A DNA stretch of 20,000 nucleotides from Chiloscyllium plagiosum (Eukaryota), in contig NC_057711.1 in assembly GCF_004010195.1 (NCBI RefSeq), positions 75,068,187 through 75,088,186 on the forward strand, read 5' to 3'. A program made the position numbers and the translations under genes. The notes beneath the pieces are model-generated. The model did no database searches. It was not told the DNA's origin and worked only from the letters and a program-made list of their open reading frames with translations. How positions within the stretch are numbered: the first letter of the stretch is position 1; every line of letters begins with the position of its first letter. Shown piece by piece: positions 1 to 9,011 of this stretch.

Positions 1-173
1 ACAAACAAACCATCAGTGTCCAAAGGACGTGTTGAATTTATACCAAATATTTCTTCAAGTATGAAAATTATAGTTTCAACTCATTCAGCCATTTCTCAGA
101 CACTTTAGACACAGCTTGGGATGCAACAATTGGGGAAGCTTTTGAATTTTTAATGTCACATACAGATGCCATA

Positions 174-246
174 AAAATCCATTCAAAGAAGCAGAAAACA
201 CAGTGCAGGTCTCAGTGAGGATAAATTATTAAAAGCACTCAAAAAA
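174..246 (+). repeat. Direct repeat copy A (73 bp), partner at 1392-1464
   Basis: AAAATCCATTCAAAGAAGCAGAAAA...CTCAAAAAA aligns without gaps to 1392-1464 with 7 mismatches by manual count (about 90%). Confidence 0.9.
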
Positions 247-1001
247 TACAATAAAACATAAGAGAAAAAGCTTTGAGTTCTGCTCAGCCCCAAAATCTGA
301 TCGTAATGTGAAGAGAAGGTCTGAGAAAGAACAAATTGCAAGAAGCTCATTTAAAAAGAGTGGGTCCATTATCCTGAGGAGCTATATGTTTGTATGCAGG
401 GATTAATAACACATCAGAAAAGATCGAAAAGATTGGAGATACTGTGCAGAAGCTAGGATCTAAAATTTGCGACGTTTTCAGATCCCCGTTCTCAAGTTGC
501 ATTCTTTATATGACATGTAGCACCGTTTGAAATGGCTGTTCATTGTTTTATGTATACATTCGAGCAGCATTTCAGTATCTTTGGAGGTGGGACTGTATCA
601 GGCAGCCCACGTGCCACACCTAGTCTGCCTCTATCCTGATCCTTGGAGGATAAGCACCATTCCTGCTCATTTACATTCTAAATTCAATTATATTTCAAGC
701 TGTGTATTTGATTTCTGTTATGTCCTACCTCCGTGGTGCTTATCCACCATCTACAAGGTAAAGATTGGGAAATTGCCACTTGCCTGTTCTGGGTGCAGTT
801 CTGACAACAGTGAAAGAACTCAACATCACTTAAGGCAAAGCAACCCACTTGATTGCTGCCTCGTTCCTCAGCTACAGCATTCACTCCCTCTATTGCCAAT
901 GTGCAAATGCCTGCTATCTATACCATCTACAAAATGCATTGCAGCAATTACCAAGGTACCTTTACCAACACCTAACAAAACTGTGAACTTTATCACCTAG
1001 A

Positions 1002-1042
1002 AGCTACCTGATGGAGGAGCAGCACTCTGAAAGCTAGTAGTT
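1002..1042 (+). ncRNA. Degenerate minimal type I hammerhead ribozyme motif (PLE family 1)
   Basis: AGCTAC-CTGATGG-A-GGAGC-AGC-ACTCT-GAAA-GCTA-GTAGTT. Stem I is AGCUAC/GUAGUU, stem II is GGAG/CUCU, stem III is the palindrome AGCU. Core position A9 is G, so this copy is probably impaired. Confidence 0.6.
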
Positions 1043-1093
1043 CCAAATAAACCTGTTGGACTAAAACATGATGTTGTGTGATTTTTTTTAACT
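1004..1093 (+). mobile_element. 90-bp Penelope-like pseudo-LTR terminal fragment (PLE family 1) with 6-bp TSD
   Basis: Flanked by TAGAAG at 998-1003 and 1094-1099. Matches 8264-8340(+) and the reverse complement of 7119-7206. Removing it restores the CR1 sequence seen uninterrupted near 10825 (TTAGAAGGACAAG). Confidence 0.85.
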
Positions 1094-1391
1094 TAGAAGG
1101 ACAAACGCAGCTGATACATGGAAACACCACCACCTACAAGATCCCCTCTAAGTCACACATCATCCTGACACAGAACTATATCAGCATTTCTTTCATAGTG
1201 CTGGATCAAAATCCTGAAATGACCTTTCTAACAGCACTATGAGTGTACCTATAACCCAAAGCCTGAAGCTGTTCAAGGCAGAAACTCACCACCACCTTTT
1301 CCAGAGCAATTAATTTGCACAATAAAAGGTGACCTGGCCAGCTTTATCCACAGTCTGTGAATGACTCTTTGTAAAGTATTATCCCAAACCC

Positions 1392-1464
1392 AAAATCCAT
1401 TCAAAGAAGCAGAAAATACAGGTCAGATCTCAGTGAGGATGAATTATTAAAAACTCTCAAAAAA
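1392..1464 (+). repeat. Direct repeat copy B (73 bp), partner at 174-246
   Basis: See copy A; offset is 1218 bp. Confidence 0.9.
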
Positions 1465-2547
1465 ACACACACAGCATCAGGGAACATATATAGGAAATAA
1501 AAATTCATCATTTCAAAACCATGCTTGATTTTGTGACAGTTTATAGCAATTTACAGCAAAGCAAATCAATATTCATGCCCATGCTTGCAATTTCTTGTAT
1601 CTCTATTATTGTTCTTATGTTCTCTCTTATATGTTCATTGTGCAAGAATAAGATGAGGGAGGCATCTAACTTAGATAAAATAAATATTTGGAATCAAACT
1701 GGTTAACAAGGTGATAGGAATGCAGCAGAGTTGGATTTTGCCTCCCACATTAACATCACCTTTCCTCCATCCAAATTCCTGGGAATAAGCTCATTCAAAT
1801 AAGTATTTAGGATGGATGGCCTACATCTTTTGAGATGTAACGCACACACACACTCTCTCTTCTTTGCTCTGCAAATTCAGTATGATGATCTGTAACTCCA
1901 ACACTGTTCTGAGAACAGTGGAGCTCAGGATCAATGTCTTATGGGTTGACATACAGATAAACAATGCCTCTTACGTTCCATTGATTTGTCACCTTCAGAA
2001 GTGCAGCCTGGAAGTATGTCCACTCTCTAGACCTAAGAAAGATCAACAATTGCCAGACAAACCCACAAAATGCTTGGTGGAATGAGGACAAATCATGCTA
2101 TTTAGGCCTAAATCCTTTTGCTAAATTGGAATTTTTAGACTAGCAAAAGTGAAATAGAGGAAACATAGGAAATTGCAACCTTCACCCAGGGGCAATATTC
2201 TCCAGTGCAGACTATCCTCCAAAAGCGAGCCAGAGCATTAGCTTGTTTTTATTTTAGATGCAATATTAATTATTTCCAAAGTGGTGTTGAACACTCGTTT
2301 TAAGGATTCCGAGTCACCTAATCTGGGCTAAGTCAAAGCAATTTATAAAATATGGGAATGCTTGATAGACAATGCAAGATATGTTTGGGTGGTCTATCAT
2401 ATCTATATAGTTTTGGTAAAGTACATGGTACAGCCTCTGAAAGGGAGAAGTCACCAACTCTGAGCTAAATGTTAATAAAACTAAGAATGTGGATGCTCAA
2501 AATCTCATTTAAAAGAAAGTCAACATTTTGAATGTATTTGCGACAGG

Positions 2548-2996
2548 AGAGTCACAGAGTCATAGAAATATATAGCACAGGAACACACCCTTCAGTCCAT
2601 GCTGACCAGATATCCGAAATTAATCTAGTCCCATTTGCCAGCATTTGGCTGATATCTCTCTTATCCCTTTCTATTCATATACCTATTCAGATACCTTTTA
2701 TTTGTTGTAATTGTACCAGCCTCCACCACTTCCTCTGGCAGCTCATTCCATATAAGCACCACCTTCTCCATGAAAAAGTTGCCCTTTAGGATCTTTCCCT
2801 TCTCACCTTAAACCTAAGCCCTCTAGTTTTGGACTCCCCTACCCTGGGGAAAAAGGCTTTGGCCATTTACCCTATCCATGCCTCTTTTGATTTTATAAAC
2901 CACTGGAAGGTCACCCTTCAGCCTCCGACACTCCAGGGAAAATAAACCCAGCTTATTCAAGTTCTCCTTCTAGCTCAAACACTCTAACCCCAGTAA
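2548..2996 (-). mobile_element. CR1 LINE 3' fragment (subfamily B), 5'-truncated
   Basis: Starts with the reverse complement of a CR1 microsatellite tail (GAGTCACAGAGTCATAGA). Contains AAAAAGTTGCCC and CTAGTCCCATTTG, which are reverse-complement homologous to 16444-16807. Confidence 0.85.
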
Positions 2997-3439
2997 AGAA
3001 CTGATTGGAGAGGCAGAATTGAGAAAATCTGGAAGGCTAATGAAATTACTTTGTTTGTATTGAGAATGATAGATTGGATTTCACAAATTCCTTTCTTAGC
3101 ATTCATTATATCATAAATAGTGGAAAAAAATTCTGCAGGATTCTACCACCTGGTAAAAATGACAACAGTGAAATTCTGCTGAATTCCTGGAGCACGGTTT
3201 CCTAACATTTCCATAGCTTCTGTTCCTTTGTTAGCGAGGACAAATTGAAGAGTCTCCGTGGTAATTCACTATTTTTATTTCCAGTGTTTTGTGTTCAGAT
3301 TAGAGAAGCCTTGAATTAGTTGTAAGGAACAGAATATTGAGCATATGCACGTGATTCTCTGTGTTTGTGTGCATAACAAATAAAATCACAAATTGTTACT
3401 TATTCAAATTAACTTTTCTGCTTGTATCCCCGAGCTGTG

Positions 3440-4047
3440 TTTCTTTCATTCAAAGAATATGGGCATCTCCAGGGAGAGCCATCATTTATTGCCCATCAAT
3501 AACTGTCCTTGATCAGGTGGTGAGCTGTAGTCCATATGGTTCAGGTATATCATATTCAGGTTCAGACTCAGGAAGGAGTTCTAGGATTTAACCCAAGCTT
3601 CTGCCACTCTTATCTTGGTAGATGTCATGTGGTTGGAAGGTGCTGTCGACAAAGCTTGTTGCTGTACATCTTGTAGATGGCACATTTTGATGGCATTGCA
3701 TGTCAGTGGTGAAGAGACTGAATGTTGAAGGTGGTGGACAAGATGCCAAACAAGCGAATGCTTTTTCCTGAATGGTTGAGCTTTTTGAGGGAAGTGCAAA
3801 ACATTCCTTCACAATCCTGTCTTATGCCTTTTTGATATTGTACAGGCAGTCAGGAGGCAGGAGGTAAGTTAGTTGTTGCAGAATTCCTAGCATTTGACCT
3901 GCTGTTGCAATCACAATATTTAAAATGCTAGTTCAGTTGAATTTCTGGTCAATGATAATCCCCAGGATGTTGATAGTAGGGCATTCAGTGATAGTAACAC
4001 CATTGAATGTCAAAGAATGATGGTTGAATTCTCTCTCGATAGAGATA
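3440..4047 (-). mobile_element. Decayed CR1-clade LINE 3' fragment (subfamily A)
   Basis: CATCTTGTAGATGG is the reverse complement of CCATCTACAAGATG. TTTATTGCCCATC and a TTCATTCA terminus mirror the copies at 730-1365 and 10732-11090. Multiple deletions. Confidence 0.75.
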
Positions 4048-7000
4048 GATATTTAGAATTAAATATTATTGTTTCCACTCCCTGTAGCATGACATCTGTT
4101 GAACAACTCGGTTGGTTCTATTAACATAAATGTCTCATTGTTATCTATACTATTTCAAACATGTTACCCCATGTTCTTATAAATTAAGTTAATGTAATGA
4201 GTGTATTGTGATTCTTACACAGACAAAGTTTAACCCATGCTGCTGACATCTTGATTGTTTATAAAGTGTCTTCAATGTAAGCATCTAAACAGGGCTTTTA
4301 CCAGGATCATTCAACAGTGGCATTGGTCAATACAGAGCAGAGCAATCACGATGAACAGAAGCATGTAAGTAGTTTGATTGCACAGTGATAGCAGCTTAAT
4401 TTTACTAAGAAAATAACTATGCCTCTGTGGCTGCTTTAATGCTTCTAACTGGGTTCACATGACATTACATTTGAATTTGATGCACTCTAGCCAAGATAAG
4501 TTCACTTTTTCTCTGTAACAAATTAAACCTCCTGAGAAATGCAGCATTATTTTTATTGAGAAGTGTGGTACTATATTGGCCTCAAAACAATGACTTCATC
4601 ATTGAAACTTCATTCTGATATCCTAATTTTGTACATTTGAATTATTTTTATGAGTTAGTTGTGCTTTAGCATCAGAAATTCTCATTAAATCAGCTGGAAG
4701 ATGGTCTGCTCTGAAAACGCATATATATTTTGAAAGCCACAATAGCTGCCTGTATTGAATAAATCTTGTGATGATGCTTTAGCCTCGAACGCAGTTGGTC
4801 ACTAATGATGGTGCTTATTGCTAAAGGATTTTTAGTTTAATCCTCTTTTCTGGTTCAGCATTCAATCCAGATTGCAGCATTGACTTCTGGGTAATGAAAA
4901 GAGACATCAATTTATCCTCAGTATGCTTTGAAATCTCTGACTGTTATATGTTACTGCTCTGCAAAACATTAAATTAACCCTTTGAAGATTCTGGCATGAA
5001 AGAGGCAGCAAGTATATTACAGTATTCATACTGTCTTGCCCTCAGCACAGCAATACTGGAAAACTACTATTTTATTACACGAAAACTTCCATCATTTTAG
5101 TTTGCTTGCTTTCATGTATTCTACTTCACAATTAATGCATTTACAGTTAAAATATTCAATGTTTCCTTCCACTAATTCCGTATTAAATCCTGATTATATT
5201 AGTTGCACATTTCAGCACTCAGACGACAGTAAAACTATTTTACAAAATGAGTGACAAACAACAAAATATTTTGTGCCTTAATGGCCACATACAAAAAAAC
5301 AAATGAATTTGAAGCACACGTTTAGAACAACGCTTGCATTAATTTGCTTGGTTGTCATCTCTGGCATACCTCTACTTCTCAGATGGCTTTCAATAGATTT
5401 ACTGCTGCATATTTCTCTGCAATTCTCTCCACAGCATGACTGATTGAGTTATTACTAAAGCTTCAAGGTAATTTTGCAGAGTTTTATCTTTGCTGCCTGA
5501 GCATTAAGGAACATGACTGCATAGCATAGAAAGAAAAATTGGATATGGAGGACTGCATCCCATAGTATAAAAGGACGAAAAATCAGGCAGTCTCTGTTGG
5601 GGGTGGATGATTTTCCCTGTTCAACCTTCTGCCCTACATTGTAATTCTCAGATGGTTTAGAGAGGAATACTGATAAGACAGCAAGTATTTTAATCTATGG
5701 CATTTGCAAGCAATGATAAAAATTTTCATCACTATCATTTTTGAATACTAGCCAAATGAAAACTGTACAATCATGGCTTATTCTGCCAACAATTTTCAAG
5801 TCAGCTTAGATACTTTTTTTAAAACCCAGAATCTATTCAAATGTGTTCCAAATGCAAATGCTTTACCAACATATGGTTCTTTTCCCATCAATGATTATGA
5901 ATAGACGAATTCTGGTTAATGCAACCATGTAGTCTTTTTCAGCTATCTATCAAAGAACTTTGATGAGAAGATTCAGCACCACATTAAGTGTCTCAATAGT
6001 TGCTAGCCATTTGAGGACCCCATACCTTCTATAAAAAAAGACTCAGATGTATCTACAAAGATTATGATTTAAGTACAGTCTGCTGTGTTCTCAATCCTAT
6101 TCTACGATGCTGAATCCTTCATTACTAACAGCAGGCATCTCAAAACAATTGAGTAGTTGCATGAACGTTCTTAAAATGAAAACCAAGACCATGTTACAAT
6201 CACTTCAATAAAATAGTCACTTTATAAACTCTAAACCAGGAGTGTTGCATATTTTTTTTTGCTTGGACTACAATGTCAGTATGTAAGTAAGTATTCATGT
6301 ATCTATTCACCTTTAATGTTATTAACTATTGAAAAATAATTTTCTCTTACTCAAAGCCACTGAATTTAACCTCTCAAAATCTAATTGTACTGTATTGAAA
6401 ATATGCTGCAAGGCAAGTTTTGCTGTTTTGGCTGCATAGATGATTCCATATTTCTATGTTGAGAATCGAACACCAGCAATGTCAATAAAGAGAAAGAGCT
6501 ATAAAGATAGTTTGAAAGTCCATTTCCTCAAATAAGGAATTGACAAAAGAGGAAACGATCAAAGGGTGTAAACTAAGTAGGCACTAGACATTGTTGATTA
6601 GTGTGGTTTCCTTCTATCTGAACTTTGTTAGTACAATCTATTCCCAGCCAGATGTTACCGTATATGTAATACTTGCAGCAAAGTATGCACATAATGCTAC
6701 TTTGCTAAAATTAAATGCTAGAAAATGTTTCTATGTATTGAAAACTGCAAAGAAAACATAGTGTTCAAAGAATTGACAAAATTTCCTATTTCCTTATTTT
6801 CATACCAATAAATCAGGGCAATCAATTCTATATACTAAAATAACAGCGTCACTAGAGATCTAATTCCTCAGAGAACATCATTCATCAAGATTGTGCATTG
6901 TCACAAGATATGGAACTGAGCAGAAACACAAATGTTCATATTTCTGTGGGCCCTGTTCGAGAGCTGGTTAAGTCTTCACCTTATGAATCACAATATACAA

Positions 7001-7169
7001 GAGAGATTGAGCAGATTTTAATGACTTGCAAAGTGGTGGAGCATCCATTTTGGGGCCATAATTCTCTTCATCTTCTTCTCAGGAAAACAAAAATTTGAAC
7101 AATGCTGTCTATCACTGAGTTAAAAAAATCAAGCAAAAACAGGTTATAGTCCAACAGGTTTATTTGAGA

Positions 7170-7206
7170 GTACTAGCTTTCAGATAGCTACTCCTTCATC
7201 AGGTAA
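7170..7206 (-). ncRNA. Minimal type I hammerhead ribozyme motif (PLE family 1), core intact, stem II decayed
   Basis: Minus strand reads TTAC-CTGATGA-A-GGAGTAGCTATCT-GAAA-GCTA-GTAC: canonical CUGAUGA and GAAA boxes, palindromic AGCU stem III, UAC/GUA stem I. Confidence 0.65.
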
Positions 7207-7621
7207 TTAATGGGGCAGGATCATAAGACATAAAATTTACAAAAAGATCATCGTGTCATGCAACTGAAATAATATGTTGAACAAACCTAGATTACTGTTA
7301 AGTCTTTCACCTTTTAGAATGGGTTGCAGGTATCAATTCATTAATATGTAAATCCAAGAATTTCTTTTCAAGTCTCATTCTTGAGATAACTTGAAGTTGT
7401 ATAAAAAAAGGTAACATCTCAGCTCAAACAATGCATTAAAGGTGTGACATTAGCGCCTGTCTGCCTTCCAATCTTGAGTCAGATTGGTTCTATTTCCAAA
7501 GTAAGAATTTATAAAATGTCACATGCATTGACCACCTGCATTGACTGCCTGCAGATTGTGTGCTTTTTGAACAAAATAGAAAAACATTTCTGCCAATGCA
7601 AATTCACCCTATAGACTTATA

Positions 7622-8105
7622 GGTATGTGTGCATGCATGTGTGTGTGTGAGAGAGAGAGTGTGTGTGTGTATTTGTGTGAGAGTATGTGAGTGTGTGCTT
7701 GGTATAGTGTGTGCATGAGTGTGACAGGGTATAAGCCTGTGAGAGGTGTGGGTGTGAGGGTGTGAGGTGTTTGTGTGTGTGTTTGTCTGAGAGACAATGT
7801 GTGTATGAGAAAGGGTCTGTGTGAGTGTGTTAGCATGTAAGAGTGTGTGTGTATGTGTGTATGACTGTGTGGGACACACACACATGCAAGCATGCGTGTA
7901 CTCTTACATGCTCACAGTCACGCAAATCCTCTCTCATACACACGCTGTCTCTCAGACAAACACACATACATATACACCACACATTCTCACCCACACGCAC
8001 ACTGTCTCACAGATTTATATTCTTTCACACACATACACACACTTTCCCAAGCACACACTCACATTCTCTCTCTCTCGCTTTCCCTCACATGCACACAGAT
8101 ACACG
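7622..8105. repeat. Degenerate (TG)n then (CA)n/(CT)n low-complexity tract internal to the PLE arms
   Basis: TG-rich 7622-7871 flips to CA-rich 7875-8105. This produces the His/Thr-rich spurious ORFs on both strands. Confidence 0.9.
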
Positions 8106-8263
8106 TATAAGTCTATAGAATGAATTTGCATTTGCAGAATTGTAATTGCAGCAACAATATATTTTCTTCAAAAAGTGCACAATCTGTTCAATATGTCATA
8201 TCAGTTGCATGGCACTGTGATCTTTTGTTATAAATTCTGTGTCTTATGATCCTGCCCCACTAG

Positions 8264-8300
8264 TTACCTGATGTAGGAGCAGCGCTCTGAAAGTTAATAC
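8264..8300 (+). ncRNA. Degenerate hammerhead ribozyme motif (PLE family 1)
   Basis: TTAC-CTGATGT-A-GGAGC-AGC-GCTCT-GAAA-GTTA-ATAC. Best-preserved stem II of the three copies, but core A9 is T and stems I and III are mutated. Confidence 0.55.
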
Positions 8301-8715
8301 ATCCAAATGGACTATAACCTGGTGTTGTGTGATTTCTAACTTGCCCACCCTAGTCCAACACCAGCACCTCTACATCATGGCTATCACTGAAATGGAGTTG
8401 CATTAGCAACTTAGCAAATTGCTAACAAACTGCATACATATAGGGACAGATACTCTCCACAACAGAAGATAGATGGAGGAAGCATCAACTTGCAGAATAA
8501 TCAATTAGTGACGCAAGTTAATATGAGATTGTCTGCCATGGAGAAAATGGCCACCTCTGTGCAACTGAACTGTGGCTTAAAAATTAATCCATGCTGGCAT
8601 TTTTGTGACCATGCAACAACAATAGCAATTTGAATTTATGTGAGTTTTGAGAAGATTTGTAGCTCAGGTTGAGGTTCTGGATGGAGGTTTGTTCACTGAG
8701 CTGGGAGATTCATTT

Positions 8716-8755
8716 CCAGACGTTTTGTCATCCTACTAGGTAACATCTTCAGTGG
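8716..8755 (-). ncRNA. Minimal type I hammerhead ribozyme motif (PLE family 2), one core mutation
   Basis: Minus strand reads CCA-CTGAAGA-T-GTTACC-TAGTA-GGATGAC-AAAA-CG-TC-TGG: stem I CCA/UGG, CUGANGA box, stem II with a bulge, palindromic ACGU stem III, GUC cleavage triplet. GAAA has become AAAA, consistent with CpG decay. Confidence 0.7.
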
Positions 8756-8957
8756 GCCTCAGGCGAAGCACTGCACATGATTCCTACTTTCTATTTATAT
8801 GTTTGGGTTTCTTTGGGTTGGTGATGTCATTTCCTGTGGTGATGTCATTTACTGTTCTTTTTCTTAGGGGTGGCGGTAGATGCGGTCTAACTCGATGTGT
8901 TTATTGATAGACAAGCACATCGAGTTCGGCCCCATCTACCAGTCCCTGAGTAAAAGA

Positions 8958-9011
8958 ACAGGAAATGACATCGCCACAGGAAATGACATCATCACAGGAA
9001 GTGACATCACC
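8958..9011 (+). repeat. 18-bp tandem repeat x3 (ACAGGAAATGACATCACC consensus) inside PLE family 2
   Basis: Units at 8958-8975, 8976-8993 and 8994-9011. The opposite arm has only two units (8820-8855, reverse complement). Confidence 0.9.

Larger units (their letters stand above)
730..1365 (+). mobile_element. Decayed CR1-clade LINE 3' fragment (subfamily A), interrupted by a PLE micro-insertion at 1004-1093
   Basis: Remnant LSTIYK and ACCATCTACAAAATGCATTGCAG motifs. Homologous to 3440-4047(-) and 10732-11090(+): shares TAGAAGGACAA, CATCCTGAC and GTTCAAG, and ends in a GAATGA-like terminus. Boundaries approximate. Confidence 0.75.
7119..8380. mobile_element. Penelope-like element insertion (family 1): inverted pseudo-LTR (7119 to about 7871, minus) plus direct pseudo-LTR with a 40-nt 3' tail (about 7875-8380, plus); 10-bp TSD
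   Basis: Perfect TSD CTATCACTGA at 7109-7118 and 8381-8390. Arms are reverse complements around about 7873 (e.g. GGGGCAGGATCATAAGACA vs TGTCTTATGATCCTGCCCC; TTTGTCTGAGAGACA vs TGTCTCTCAGACAAA). Each arm has a hammerhead motif. The tail 8341-8380 is present only on the direct arm. Confidence 0.85.

Noticed and set aside
527..1000. 157-aa ORF
   Set aside because: Non-ATG start; the 3' half is decayed CR1 sequence drifting between ancestral frames; no coherent domain.
7604..8123. Five overlapping His/Thr-rich ORFs on both strands
   Set aside because: Artefacts of CA/TG low complexity within the inverted PLE arms.
8958..9011. Short repeats as a CRISPR-like array
   Set aside because: Head-to-tail tandem units with no spacers, in a eukaryotic transposon context with no cas genes.
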